A stretch of DNA of 56,986 nt from the IMG/VR virus record IMGVR_UViG_3300031857_020009, positions 1-56,986 of that record. One strand, written 5' to 3'. The position numbers were made by a program, and so were the translations under genes. The notes beneath the pieces were generated by a model that saw only the letters and a program-made list of their open reading frames with translations, ran no database searches and was not told the DNA's origin. Positions 19,166 to 29,111 of this stretch are shown in pieces (position 1 is the stretch's first letter; each line of letters opens with the position of its first letter). The DNA comes from a virus. Taxonomy: Duplodnaviria > Caudoviricetes.

Positions 19166-19173
19166 ATAAATAT
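19166..19173 (-). promoter_or_regulatory. ATATTTAT motif
   Basis: 5 nt before the ATG. Confidence 0.55.
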
Positions 19174-19175
19174 CA

Positions 19176-19523
19176 TTATTTCCAAAATAGCTGTACTAAA
19201 ATAAGTGAGAATGCTAATACTAAAGATATTCCAGTTTTTACATTAATTGCTTCTTCTCGAAACATATATGTCATAACAGTAAATATAAAAATTCCTGCAG
19301 TAAATGATATAAATCTGCCGGGCCAAAACAAATTTTCAAAACCTGAAACTGAGAATTTAGTTGCTTCCATAAACAACCATGTTATAGGTATACCTAATAC
19401 CATCAATAGGTATCTATATTCTTTTGCCCATGGCCAAATTAAAGGTCCATTAACTTGAACCCATACTATAATTTGCCCAAATAAAAATAAAAAGAAAGAA
19501 GCAGCGATGTGTTTATAGTTCAT
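19176..19523 (-). CDS. Small 4-TM membrane protein (DMT/SMR-like topology)
   Basis: Four hydrophobic segments in 115 aa. Confidence 0.65.
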   Translation of the reverse strand: MNYKHIAASFFLFLFGQIIVWVQVNGPLIWPWAKEYRYLLMVLGIPITWLFMEATKFSVSGFENLFWPGRFISFTAGIFIFTVMTYMFREEAINVKTGISLVLAFSLILVQLFWK

Positions 19524-19528
19524 AATAA

Positions 19529-19557
19529 ATAATAAGGAATATTATGATTACATCCAA
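19529..19557 (-). promoter_or_regulatory. TTGGAT-N17-TATTAT promoter
   Basis: 17-nt spacer. Confidence 0.7.
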
Positions 19558-19558
19558 A

Positions 19559-19984
19559 TTATTTACGATCGCCTTTATGTAGATCTACTTTGTCTAGAAT
19601 TGCATTCAATGCTTCCATTTTAATGAAGCCTGCCATTGATGCATTTTTTAATGCACTAATTAATTGAAATATAATAAAAGGGACTAGAACGGTCTCACTT
19701 AACCAACTAGTCCCTTTAAATCCTTTTTCTACCATTAACAACGTTGTAAGAAGAATAATCCAACTTACTAAAGTTTTCAAAACTTTAAGTGCTTTAAAGG
19801 TTTGAAATCCTTCTCGTTTTACTCCAGCAATTACGCCAAAGAAGCCATCTGCCATTACCACTCCAACCAATGCCAAATATTGATCTGAATTTGCCATTGC
19901 TAAGTTGAAAAAATAAGTGCAGATGAATGCTGCAATTGTACTCACTGAATATATCCCCGCGGTTGTTAATGTAGTTGTTTTCAT
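19559..19984 (-). CDS. Holin (phage holin family 4-like)
   Basis: Several TM segments; VMADGFFGV...EGF...QLISALKNA pattern; in the lysis cassette. Confidence 0.7.
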   Translation of the reverse strand: MKTTTLTTAGIYSVSTIAAFICTYFFNLAMANSDQYLALVGVVMADGFFGVIAGVKREGFQTFKALKVLKTLVSWIILLTTLLMVEKGFKGTSWLSETVLVPFIIFQLISALKNASMAGFIKMEALNAILDKVDLHKGDRK

Positions 19985-20574
19985 TATTTTATATCCGCTG
20001 ATTCAATTAATGTATAAGTAAATGATTTACCATGGATAGCAGCTGCTTTACGACAAATTGTCATAAATGCTTCGAAGTCAGCTGACTTCTTAAATACTTG
20101 ACATCCTTCGGACCAATTCTCAACATATGTCGAATCTGCACCTGCTTTGTGAATATTGATTCCAAATACTCCTTCAGCAATTTTGCTTTCGTCATAAGTC
20201 ATATCACGATTTGGATCGCGAAAAACTTTAACTGGTTTTGCTTGTTTAAGAGCCTCATATTTGCCTTGATGTAATCCTAAAGTATGAGAACCTCTATATT
20301 GTCCTTCTACTAAACGTGCTACACCTGCTGCATTATGATATTCTTTAACTCCTTTTGTACCTGGATCGGTTGTACAAGGCCACGATGCAAATTTCCATTC
20401 ACCATTTTCTTTATACGACACAGTCATAGTATCATCAAATACATTAGTTACTTTGTTTCCCGTATCTGAATTTCTAACTCCTACGATATTAACGTCGAAG
20501 TCTTTTGCGCCTTCAAACCAAACATACCCTTTGGCTTTAACAGCTGTTTCGATTTGTTCTCTTGTATATGCCAT
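19984..20574 (-). CDS. YkuD/L,D-transpeptidase-like cell-wall enzyme
   Basis: GINIHKAG...VENWSEGCQVF (H...S.GC catalytic motif). Confidence 0.65.
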   Translation of the reverse strand: MAYTREQIETAVKAKGYVWFEGAKDFDVNIVGVRNSDTGNKVTNVFDDTMTVSYKENGEWKFASWPCTTDPGTKGVKEYHNAAGVARLVEGQYRGSHTLGLHQGKYEALKQAKPVKVFRDPNRDMTYDESKIAEGVFGINIHKAGADSTYVENWSEGCQVFKKSADFEAFMTICRKAAAIHGKSFTYTLIESADIK

Positions 20575-20576
20575 AA

Positions 20577-21188
20577 TTATTTCACGTATTCGTAATATTT
20601 TTTAGTTTTAGCATTTCTATCTTCTAAACCATGAGTTCCGCCGTTGATTCTTTTTGTCAATGCTAAGATAGCTGCATCATTAACGCCTTGATCACAAATA
20701 GACCAGAGTTTATTGCGATCAAAAAAGAACATTGCTGATTCAAATGCATATGTTGTTGCAACTAGATCTGGGGTATCTAGTATTTCTGGTTTTTTAAGAT
20801 ATTCTGCAAATGCTGCATAATTCGATTTTCCTGTGAGTTGTAGTGCACCTCGGCCCCGATACTTCCAACCATCCCCTGATGCTTCATCGCCATTCCCCAT
20901 TCGGCTTGCATATACTCGGTTGGCAATCTTTTCTGGTTGCCGCGCATAAGACTCTTCTAATGTTCCAGGAAAGTATTTTCCAAAGATCCCTTGTAGACCT
21001 TGTGCTGAATAATTTAAATTTTCACTAAATGCTTTGAACCCACCTGACTCATGTGACGTTTGAGCAAAAAAGTGAGCTGCTCTAACTGGAGTTAATTTAT
21101 AAAACTCCATTGCTTTTTTCATTGTGCCCGGCCCAAATGCACCATCTGCCGTAACACCAATTTTTTCTTGTAAACTTTTTAAACTCAT
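20577..21188 (-). CDS. Endolysin, glycoside hydrolase family 19
   Basis: N-terminal LQ...G...ADGAFGPGT; AHFFAQTSHESGGF..ENLNYS, YRGRGALQLTGKSNY, TKRINGG. Confidence 0.9.
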   Translation of the reverse strand: MSLKSLQEKIGVTADGAFGPGTMKKAMEFYKLTPVRAAHFFAQTSHESGGFKAFSENLNYSAQGLQGIFGKYFPGTLEESYARQPEKIANRVYASRMGNGDEASGDGWKYRGRGALQLTGKSNYAAFAEYLKKPEILDTPDLVATTYAFESAMFFFDRNKLWSICDQGVNDAAILALTKRINGGTHGLEDRNAKTKKYYEYVK

Positions 21189-21439
21189 TATTCCTCCTCA
21201 GTAGTAGTATCTTTTCCTTTTCCTGCAAATTTTTCTAAACCTGCAATACCTAAACTACCTAATGTTACAATAACGAATGAGTTGTAAATATACTCATTCA
21301 ATTTTAACTCATTACCAAAATATCCGGTAATTAAATCAACAAACATTGCGATTGTCATTACTGCAAATGACATGAAACCAATAATAGTTTTTTCATTGAA
21401 GTCATTTGAATTTTTAAAAATGTCTGTAAACTTTGCCAT
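21188..21439 (-). CDS. Small 2-TM holin-like protein
   Basis: Two TM helices and a charged C-terminus; directly upstream of the endolysin. Confidence 0.55.
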   Translation of the reverse strand: MAKFTDIFKNSNDFNEKTIIGFMSFAVMTIAMFVDLITGYFGNELKLNEYIYNSFVIVTLGSLGIAGLEKFAGKGKDTTTEEE

Positions 21440-21456
21440 AAATTCTCCCTTTTTGT

Positions 21457-21464
21457 ATAAATAT
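21457..21464 (-). promoter_or_regulatory. ATATTTAT motif upstream of the lysis cassette
   Basis: Recurrent motif. Confidence 0.55.
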
Positions 21465-21484
21465 GTTATAAAAAGAGAAATGCG

Positions 21485-22258
21485 TTAGTTTACAATATAC
21501 TTATGATTAGTTTCAATATCATGTTTAATATACGAACCCCATTTATATTTAGCATATTCATGTCCATCTGATTCAGATTGTTTTCTTTGTTGTTCTTTTT
21601 CTGCAGTCATTGTAGTTAATGATACAAAATGATAAAAATGACAATTCCATGTTCTGATCATCTTAAGTCCGGAAAGAGAACATTTTAAAAAGAAATCCCA
21701 ATCGGCAACCATTCCTAATTCATAATTTTCATCCCATCCACCTAATCGTATATAATCTAATTTAGACATAAAAATAGGCAATGTAGAACCAGTTTCTTCT
21801 TTTTTATCTCCAGATGCATAATGATAATCAAATAACCAAAATGCTTCTAAATCAAATGTTTTTGGATCTCGACCCAAATCTTCTATTATAAATTGTTTAA
21901 ACATACTAGGATATGGTTCAATCTGATTAGGTGTTATAACAGTGCCATCTTCCCAATCATCCTCTAAAGTAGTATCCCAAAATCTAGGAAATACATTGTC
22001 ATCATTTACTATTAATATTTTGTCATGTTTAGCATTGTATACGCCTAGGTTAGTTCCCCGACAAAGACCTTGATTAATTTCTAAATTCAATATATCAATT
22101 GAATCTTTCCATCGGTCTAAGACCTCTTTATTTAAGTCATAGAAGCCATCTACAACAACTATTATTTGATTTTTATTTTGTTGTCCAGTAATAGCTGATT
22201 TTAAACATAAATCTAAAGCATCTGGGCTTTTATATGTTGGTATAATTACTGATATCAT
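21485..22258 (-). CDS. Glycosyltransferase family 2
   Basis: MISVIIPTY, IIVVVDG, LIVNDDNV, GGWDE...DWDF. Confidence 0.85.
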   Translation of the reverse strand: MISVIIPTYKSPDALDLCLKSAITGQQNKNQIIVVVDGFYDLNKEVLDRWKDSIDILNLEINQGLCRGTNLGVYNAKHDKILIVNDDNVFPRFWDTTLEDDWEDGTVITPNQIEPYPSMFKQFIIEDLGRDPKTFDLEAFWLFDYHYASGDKKEETGSTLPIFMSKLDYIRLGGWDENYELGMVADWDFFLKCSLSGLKMIRTWNCHFYHFVSLTTMTAEKEQQRKQSESDGHEYAKYKWGSYIKHDIETNHKYIVN

Positions 22259-22950
22259 ATTGAGGCCCAATTAGTTAATGGAGATAACCATGCAGTTTCT
22301 CCATGGGTTGAATAACCAGGTAATGTCGTTATCAATAATTCATTTAAATTTCTCAATTCTAAAAACATATGAAAATCATTAGGATGAGTTGATGATGTAT
22401 GTTTTCTTAATATCATTTCTGTTCGTTTTAGTGTAGATACTTTAGATGCAAATGTCATTGTAGTACTATTTGTAATCTTCCAATGACATGAATTAGTTAA
22501 ATAAACGCGCGTATCTTCAGCTCCACCCTCACAATATGGATTGCCTCCATTTTGCGGACTTAAATATTTATCTGGATGGTCATATAATGCAACGAACGAA
22601 GCTCCTAATGTAAAACCTTCTTGCAATACATCTGGAGAATAACGTTTATGTAGATAATCATTTTCAACGAAATAAACAATTTCATCATCATTCCATTGCA
22701 ATGCTTTATCTAAAGCTAAATTAAAAGTGCCGGCACCATGGCCTATAGAAACTTTTTCGATATTATCTGGATTAATATAATTTATAATCATATTAATAGT
22801 ATCATCACTACAATTATCTGCAATAACATATATGTCATTAATATGTTCGTAAAATATATTACAAAAATTTCGCAAACATAATTCATTATTAATATATTCT
22901 GGCTTTTCTTTTTTATAACCAGCATCTGATATTCTATAGATTATTTTCAT
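22255..22950 (-). CDS. GT-A fold glycosyltransferase-like protein
   Basis: VIADNCS, IVYFVENDYLH. Confidence 0.65.
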   Translation of the reverse strand: MKIIYRISDAGYKKEKPEYINNELCLRNFCNIFYEHINDIYVIADNCSDDTINMIINYINPDNIEKVSIGHGAGTFNLALDKALQWNDDEIVYFVENDYLHKRYSPDVLQEGFTLGASFVALYDHPDKYLSPQNGGNPYCEGGAEDTRVYLTNSCHWKITNSTTMTFASKVSTLKRTEMILRKHTSSTHPNDFHMFLELRNLNELLITTLPGYSTHGETAWLSPLTNWASI

Positions 22951-23963
22951 AACATTGTTTTTATATATTTAACATAATTTTGAGATGATTGAAATACATC
23001 GCCTCCAGATATAGTTGTTTGTAAGTATTCATTAAATTTACCATGATCTAGTTGATATTGAATAGAATCAAATATTTGTTGTTTATTTAAATCAACTAAG
23101 CCTGGATAATGCTCAAATTTGCCAATTTGACCGCAACCTTTAATCAACACTGTAGGAATTCCTAATTGAATTGGTTTAAATGCTAATGTAGATGGGGCTG
23201 ATATAACTACTGCGGATTTTGCTATTAAATCATCAATATTTTCTGAATTTGTTATGACTTCACATTCTAATAAATTGTTTACATATGAAATGTCATTAAC
23301 ATAATCCGGTTTATCGAGTCTTGTTTTTATTTTTACTTTTATTGGCAAGTTAAACTGTTTAGATAATTCTAATATTCCAGATTCTTGAACAAATCTTTGA
23401 TCAAAATTAATAGGAAATATAGATCCGCGGTTTCCTAGGAAATTAGTTATAACTAATATATGTTGGGGTTGAACTACTACATTAACTAATGTGTCATTTG
23501 CAGGAATGCCACCATTATGAAATTCCATTTTAACAGTATAACTAATACCTGATGCGTCTTTTGTAATATTTTCATTTCCGTGGACATTGCCAATTACTTT
23601 GATATTTCTATGCTTACATTCATTATAAAAATGTGGAATATTAAATTCTTGCATTTCTCGATTATCATCATAAATTACAAATTTGTATGAATTTATGTCA
23701 ATAAAATTTAATAATGATTCGTGAATACTGTCTCCGTGGAATTTAATTCCAGGCCCTTGTATTACATTATTAAAATACTGATTGTATTTATTAATTGCAA
23801 CAAGCCGCTCATCAATATCACCAACCCATGGGGTATTTAAACTAAATAACCCAACGCAAAACAAATCAATTTCATATTCAATTGATAACAATGGTATTAT
23901 AGGCCAAAGCTTTTCAGCAACTCTATGATTTGTAAATAATAATAATATTTTACTTTTTGACAT
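22947..23963 (-). CDS. Putative GT-B transferase (sialyl- or polyol-phosphate-transferase-like)
   Basis: C-terminal IDDLIAKSAVVISAPSTLAF...LGIPTVLI; position in the glycan island. Confidence 0.5.
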   Translation of the reverse strand: MSKSKILLLFTNHRVAEKLWPIIPLLSIEYEIDLFCVGLFSLNTPWVGDIDERLVAINKYNQYFNNVIQGPGIKFHGDSIHESLLNFIDINSYKFVIYDDNREMQEFNIPHFYNECKHRNIKVIGNVHGNENITKDASGISYTVKMEFHNGGIPANDTLVNVVVQPQHILVITNFLGNRGSIFPINFDQRFVQESGILELSKQFNLPIKVKIKTRLDKPDYVNDISYVNNLLECEVITNSENIDDLIAKSAVVISAPSTLAFKPIQLGIPTVLIKGCGQIGKFEHYPGLVDLNKQQIFDSIQYQLDHGKFNEYLQTTISGGDVFQSSQNYVKYIKTML

Positions 23964-24663
23964 ATCGATTAGATCTAGGTAAACATTTAAATTGATCTGT
24001 TAATGGCAAATATGTATTTCTATAGTTATGCGAAACAAATGTTTGTTTTAATCCATTAACTTTAACGCCTGGATGTTTCCATAATGAATACATCATTGAA
24101 ATTTGATCTTCTGTATTCCATTTTGCTGTCTCATCAAACCATGTTTTATTAAAATTTCGTATTATTTCGTTATTTCTTCGATATAATATACCATTTTCAT
24201 ATAAGCTATTGTTTTCTGGATATCCTTGTTGTTGATAATCTAAACCTTGATTAATAATCATCTCCTTAGGATCGCGCGGTGGGTTTCTATTGATAGTTTC
24301 ATTTACTTCTTGATATAAGCACGTTCGATCACAATGAAGATGAACTGCTAAATCAAAATCATTCAAATGTAATGAAAATAAATCATGCGGGTCATATGTA
24401 AAATAAATTTCATTATCCATCCATAACCATGCATCATATTCGGGTAATAATTCTTCAGGGGATGTTTTGCATTTTCTAGCAGTCCATCGCCCAGATCTCC
24501 ATACATCCATTTTACGTACATCCCAAAAATTGGATTCTAAATAATCACTATTAGTAAACGCAATATAATCTATTCCGTCTTTGTCATGTACATATGGTAT
24601 AAGATCTCCATATAAATAATCCGGGTGATCTGTAAATAATGCTGTATAAACTGCTAATTTCAT
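23950..24663 (-). CDS. DUF616 (TOD1/MUCI70)-like glycosyltransferase
   Basis: VYTALF, DYIAFTN, H.DRTCLYQE, LYENGILYR, DQISMMY. Confidence 0.7.
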   Translation of the reverse strand: MKLAVYTALFTDHPDYLYGDLIPYVHDKDGIDYIAFTNSDYLESNFWDVRKMDVWRSGRWTARKCKTSPEELLPEYDAWLWMDNEIYFTYDPHDLFSLHLNDFDLAVHLHCDRTCLYQEVNETINRNPPRDPKEMIINQGLDYQQQGYPENNSLYENGILYRRNNEIIRNFNKTWFDETAKWNTEDQISMMYSLWKHPGVKVNGLKQTFVSHNYRNTYLPLTDQFKCLPRSNRYVKK

Positions 24664-25301
24664 GCTAAGCCTTTCCAAGTTGCACCATTACTAGTCCAAT
24701 AATGATTAATTTCTATTTTTGGTGTATAAAAAAATGAATATCCAAGTTCAACTTGATCAATAGCCCAATATCTATCTTCTTTGCCTACTAGTTTTTCATC
24801 AAATGGATACTTTGATAAATGTTCTTTAGTATAAAAACAAAATGCATTATGTAAAAAGTATCTGTCTTCAATAGTTGAAAATAAATTAGTAACTTCTTTA
24901 GTTCCAAAATGACTCCAGATATATCTAGGTGTTATTTTTTTACCTCTATATATAGGAGTTTGTTTTCCAAATACTGCTACATGATTTTTTAAACAAGACT
25001 GAACATATTCATAATCCATTTTATGAATCTGAGAATGTGCAGATAAAATTAAAATAATATCATTACTACATCGTTTTACCGCTTCATTAATAGATCTACC
25101 AGGACTATAATTATCAATATTGAATATTTGTATATTTGTTTTAAGCGAAAATAAATTTACAATTTCTATAGAATCATCATTAGAATTATTATCCATAATG
25201 ATAATTTCCGGATCTTTAAAATGATCGATAACTGATTGAATTGCAAAACCTATATATTCAGATTCATTGCGATTTCTAATTATAACTGAAATTTTATCCA
25301 T
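24660..25301 (-). CDS. Glycosyltransferase family 2
   Basis: ISVIIRNRNE, IIIMDNNSND, PFDEKLVGKEDRYW. Confidence 0.85.
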   Translation of the reverse strand: MDKISVIIRNRNESEYIGFAIQSVIDHFKDPEIIIMDNNSNDDSIEIVNLFSLKTNIQIFNIDNYSPGRSINEAVKRCSNDIILILSAHSQIHKMDYEYVQSCLKNHVAVFGKQTPIYRGKKITPRYIWSHFGTKEVTNLFSTIEDRYFLHNAFCFYTKEHLSKYPFDEKLVGKEDRYWAIDQVELGYSFFYTPKIEINHYWTSNGATWKGLA

Positions 25302-26091
25302 TAAATCTACCTGCATAATTCGTTCTAGAATCAAATTCTAATTCATTATAACTAGTTCCATGATCTATCATCATATCATGAATATAATTAATATATTTAC
25401 GTAATCCAAGTAATTCATTTGGAAGTATTGCAAACTTATTATCTCTACCTGGAAGATTATTATCGATTGTAAAATGTTTTTCGATAACAACTGCGCCTAA
25501 TCCTAATGCAATTTTAGCAGATTCAATTCCTTCAATATGATCGCTATATCCAATTAAATCATGAAGTTGTTTTAACGCAATCATTTTTGGAAGATTTGCG
25601 ATTTCATATTTTCCAGGATATACTGAAACGCAATGCATTAAATATAATGTTGCTTTATTAAAGAAACTTATACTATATTTAATTTCTTCTAATGTCGATG
25701 TACCCGTTGACATAAATACTGTTTCAAAATGATCGTTGCAATATTTAATTAATTCAATATTTCTAGATTCGAAACTAGGTATTTTAACTGAATTACATTT
25801 TAATTCCGCTAATAGTTTAGCATCTTCAATACTAAAAACTGATGATAAGAAGGAAATATTCATTTCTTTACAATATGAAATTAATTCTTCATGACGCTCT
25901 TTTGTTAATTCAGCTTGCTCATAAATCTCTCGACGGCCGTCAATATCCCAGTCACCTGTTTTTAATCTAGAAACAGACCAAGTTTGAAATTTAGCATAAT
26001 CAGCTCCGCTCTCTGCAGCAGCTTTAATCATTTCTTTTGCTAAATTCATATCACCACAATGATTCCAACCAATTTCTGCTATTATTCTCAT
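25294..26091 (-). CDS. neuB: N-acetylneuraminate/nonulosonate synthase (NeuB family), no C-terminal SAF domain
   Basis: IIAEIGWNHCGD, AKFQT, KIPS, MSTG, HCVSVYP, GYSDH, IEKHFT. Confidence 0.9.
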   Translation of the reverse strand: MRIIAEIGWNHCGDMNLAKEMIKAAAESGADYAKFQTWSVSRLKTGDWDIDGRREIYEQAELTKERHEELISYCKEMNISFLSSVFSIEDAKLLAELKCNSVKIPSFESRNIELIKYCNDHFETVFMSTGTSTLEEIKYSISFFNKATLYLMHCVSVYPGKYEIANLPKMIALKQLHDLIGYSDHIEGIESAKIALGLGAVVIEKHFTIDNNLPGRDNKFAILPNELLGLRKYINYIHDMMIDHGTSYNELEFDSRTNYAGRFNG

Positions 26092-26092
26092 A

Positions 26093-26680
26093 TTATTTTC
26101 TTTTTAATAGCCAAATAAAATAGGCATCGGTTTGGTTGCTAGTTGTTTCTAAAATTAAATCATATTTTTGTAAAAATTGATCATAATTGTGAAATAGTCT
26201 AGGATGTTCCGGTGTTTCGAATTCTTTTTTTAGTTCGCGTAACATAATGTATTTAGGATTCCAATTTTTTAAAATCATTTTGATAATATAATCAGCCTTT
26301 TCATATTGTAAATGCATAAAATGATCTGAAACTAAAAACAAATCTAAATCTTTAATAATATTATTATCGATAATATCTTGCGAGTCTCCTTCATAAAATG
26401 TAATAATATTCTTTATTGACTCAGACATATTATTCTTAGATGATTCCGCAAATAGATCACTACAATAAATGTTATTAGTTTTAAACTCTTCATTAATATA
26501 ATGCAAATTTCTAGCTGGACCTGATCCTAATTCGAAGATCTTTGATTCAGAATTTAAAACATTATGTTGTTTAAGTAGTTTAACTAATTCTTTTGAATTT
26601 TCATGTAATATTGAACTTGCGTTCATTCCTACTGCATTTTGATAATCGGATGGAAACCGTTCTTTTCCAAATTTTGCCAT
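26093..26680 (-). CDS. Class I SAM-dependent methyltransferase
   Basis: IFELGSGPARNL motif I. Confidence 0.7.
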   Translation of the reverse strand: MAKFGKERFPSDYQNAVGMNASSILHENSKELVKLLKQHNVLNSESKIFELGSGPARNLHYINEEFKTNNIYCSDLFAESSKNNMSESIKNIITFYEGDSQDIIDNNIIKDLDLFLVSDHFMHLQYEKADYIIKMILKNWNPKYIMLRELKKEFETPEHPRLFHNYDQFLQKYDLILETTSNQTDAYFIWLLKRK

Positions 26681-26681
26681 A

Positions 26682-27245
26682 TTAACCTATTTTTTGTTCT
26701 ACTTGTTTTAAATCATCTAAATAATGAATATCAGTTGCAGCATCTTGTATACAACCAATTCTTTTACTAACCATTGAATTTTTTAAATACTCAAATTTAA
26801 AAATTCTAACAGACCCGCTTCGTTTATATGAAGGATTAATAGTAATTAAATCATCATAATTATTTGAAATCATATAATCAATACATTCGTCTAATGTATG
26901 AGATCTATCTGGATTATCTGGCTGTAATGCTACAACCAAATCATACTTTCCATCTTCAATTTTACTACAAAATTCAATATATACATCAGTTACTTCAGCA
27001 TCTTTTAAAAGATGTTCAGGTCTTGCAGTCCATAATACATCATTTTTCAAAGCAATATCCCATACATCTGGACTTTCTGATGAAACTACAATTGTAGGGT
27101 TATACTTACTTAATTTTGCATATTCAATTGAATATTCAACCATAGGTTTTCCATTTATTCGTTGAATATTTTTATTCTGAAGTCTTGTTGAATCTAATTT
27201 TGTTGGTATTATTACTAATACCTTTAAAGTTTGTTTACTGCCCAC
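26682..27245 (-). CDS. neuA: CMP-nonulosonate synthetase (NeuA/KdsB-like cytidylyltransferase)
   Basis: IIPTKLDSTRLQNKNI...GKPMVEYSI, RPEHL, LQPDNP, TDIHYLDD. Confidence 0.8.
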   Translation of the reverse strand: MGSKQTLKVLVIIPTKLDSTRLQNKNIQRINGKPMVEYSIEYAKLSKYNPTIVVSSESPDVWDIALKNDVLWTARPEHLLKDAEVTDVYIEFCSKIEDGKYDLVVALQPDNPDRSHTLDECIDYMISNNYDDLITINPSYKRSGSVRIFKFEYLKNSMVSKRIGCIQDAATDIHYLDDLKQVEQKIG

Positions 27246-28171
27246 GTATATGCCTTTCTTTGTCCTTCGCGAGTCATTCCGCCAATATGTGGAGTAACTA
27301 TTATATTTTTTTTATTATTCATTGCTATGATTATCGGTGATTTAGTTAAATCATCAAATTCATTTTCTATAACATCAGTTCCATATCCGGATATTAAATT
27401 TTTATCTAGCGCATCGACAATATCATGTTCTTGTACAATTTCTCCGCGTGATGTATTTATAATATAAGGACTATTTTTACATAATCCAAGAAGTTTATGA
27501 TCTATCATATATTTAGTTTCATCAGTAACATGTACATGCAATGAAATTACATCAGATGTTTCAAACATATGTTCCAACGTTGTATAATGATTTAATAAAA
27601 ATGAATCTGAAAAATTTTGTTTTTCATATGGATCATAAACTTTTACGTTAGCTCCAAATGCATTACAATATTCGAACATCATTTTTCCTAAACGTCCATA
27701 TCCGATTATACCAATATTCAATCCTTTAATTTGCCTGCCTACGAAATTAGTATAGTCCCATTTATATTCAGAAACGTGTTGATTTGCAGTTGGAATATTT
27801 CTTAATAACGATAACATCAATCCGAATGCTAATTCAGATGTAGATGGCAATTGTTTTATTAATTCATAATCTTTAGTTAAAGAATATATCTTAATATTAT
27901 TAGAATTACAATATTCTTGATCGATATGATTCATTCCAGTTGAACATGTATTAATTAATGTTACATCAGTACCATTTAATAATTCATGATCAATTTTATA
28001 TGTCTGTTGATTTGGATTACAAATTATAGTATCAATTTTTTCTTTTAATAAAAGTTCTCGTACTTCAGCTTTAGATGCAGTTTCATTTAAAAATACATCT
28101 CCTTTTGTATGTAATATATCTAATATACCATTAATATGCTGGATCGGAGTAATAACCGCTATTTTCATCAC
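27224..28171 (-). CDS. D-isomer-specific 2-hydroxyacid dehydrogenase
   Basis: STGMNHID, GIIGYGRLG, SLHVH, INTSRG, TPHIGG. Confidence 0.9.
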   Translation of the reverse strand: MMKIAVITPIQHINGILDILHTKGDVFLNETASKAEVRELLLKEKIDTIICNPNQQTYKIDHELLNGTDVTLINTCSTGMNHIDQEYCNSNNIKIYSLTKDYELIKQLPSTSELAFGLMLSLLRNIPTANQHVSEYKWDYTNFVGRQIKGLNIGIIGYGRLGKMMFEYCNAFGANVKVYDPYEKQNFSDSFLLNHYTTLEHMFETSDVISLHVHVTDETKYMIDHKLLGLCKNSPYIINTSRGEIVQEHDIVDALDKNLISGYGTDVIENEFDDLTKSPIIIAMNNKKNIIVTPHIGGMTREGQRKAYTWAVNKL

Positions 28172-29111
28172 TATATACCTTGATTATTTCATCTATAACT
28201 TGATAAGTTGAATAATTTATATTAAAGTTAATTAAGTCTTTTGCTTTAGTCGTATTTGCAAATCGTTTCATGATTTCTTTATAATTTCCAAATACTTGTT
28301 CTCGATCATCAAAAATTAATTCAGATTTTGAATTGGTTTTAGATATAATATATTCAGCAACTTCTCGTACCGTAGTTTGTTCATCGGTACCTAAATTAAT
28401 AATTTGTCCATTAACTGAATCCATATGTTGTATTAATTTACTTAAACCATATGCAATATCTAATGCGTGACTAATTGATCTGGTTTGCATCCCATCTCCA
28501 TGAATATGAATTGATTCACCTTTCAAAGCTTTATCTACAAATAATGGTATATGGCCACCTGACCAACTTTTATTAGATCTCCAAGATGCACATCCAAATA
28601 CTCTAACTACACATCCTTTTAAATCTGATTGTTGAATTTCATTAAAAATAAATTGTTCGCCATACAATTTAGATAACGCATATGAATATCGTTCATTGGT
28701 AGGCGGACCTATAGTAATTGATTCAGATTCTAAAAATGTTGTAGAATTTCCATATACATCTGATGTTGACGTAAATATTAAAAATGAGCCATTTTTTACT
28801 GCGTCTGATACGACTGTTTCGATCATTTGATAATTTTCCTTTAAAACATCAACTGACTTTATAATACCATTTGCTGGCTTTTTCATTGATGCTAAATGAT
28901 AGATAGCATCAAACTCTTCTTTCCAAAGATTTAAAAATTGTACTTTTGTTTTTTTAAATTGGAAATTTTTATTTTGATGAGCATTTTTTAAATTTTCAAT
29001 ATTTCCATATGACATATCATCTACGCCTACTACGCTGTGTCCTTGTTCTAATAAAAAATCTACTAAATGACTTGCAATTAAACCTGCAGCCCCCGTTACT
29101 AATATTTTCAT
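28131..29111 (-). CDS. NAD-dependent epimerase/dehydratase
   Basis: LVTGAAGLIAS, STSDVYG, YALSK, HGDGMQTRS. Confidence 0.9.
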   Translation of the reverse strand: MKILVTGAAGLIASHLVDFLLEQGHSVVGVDDMSYGNIENLKNAHQNKNFQFKKTKVQFLNLWKEEFDAIYHLASMKKPANGIIKSVDVLKENYQMIETVVSDAVKNGSFLIFTSTSDVYGNSTTFLESESITIGPPTNERYSYALSKLYGEQFIFNEIQQSDLKGCVVRVFGCASWRSNKSWSGGHIPLFVDKALKGESIHIHGDGMQTRSISHALDIAYGLSKLIQHMDSVNGQIINLGTDEQTTVREVAEYIISKTNSKSELIFDDREQVFGNYKEIMKRFANTTKAKDLINFNINYSTYQVIDEIIKVYSDENSGYYSDPAY

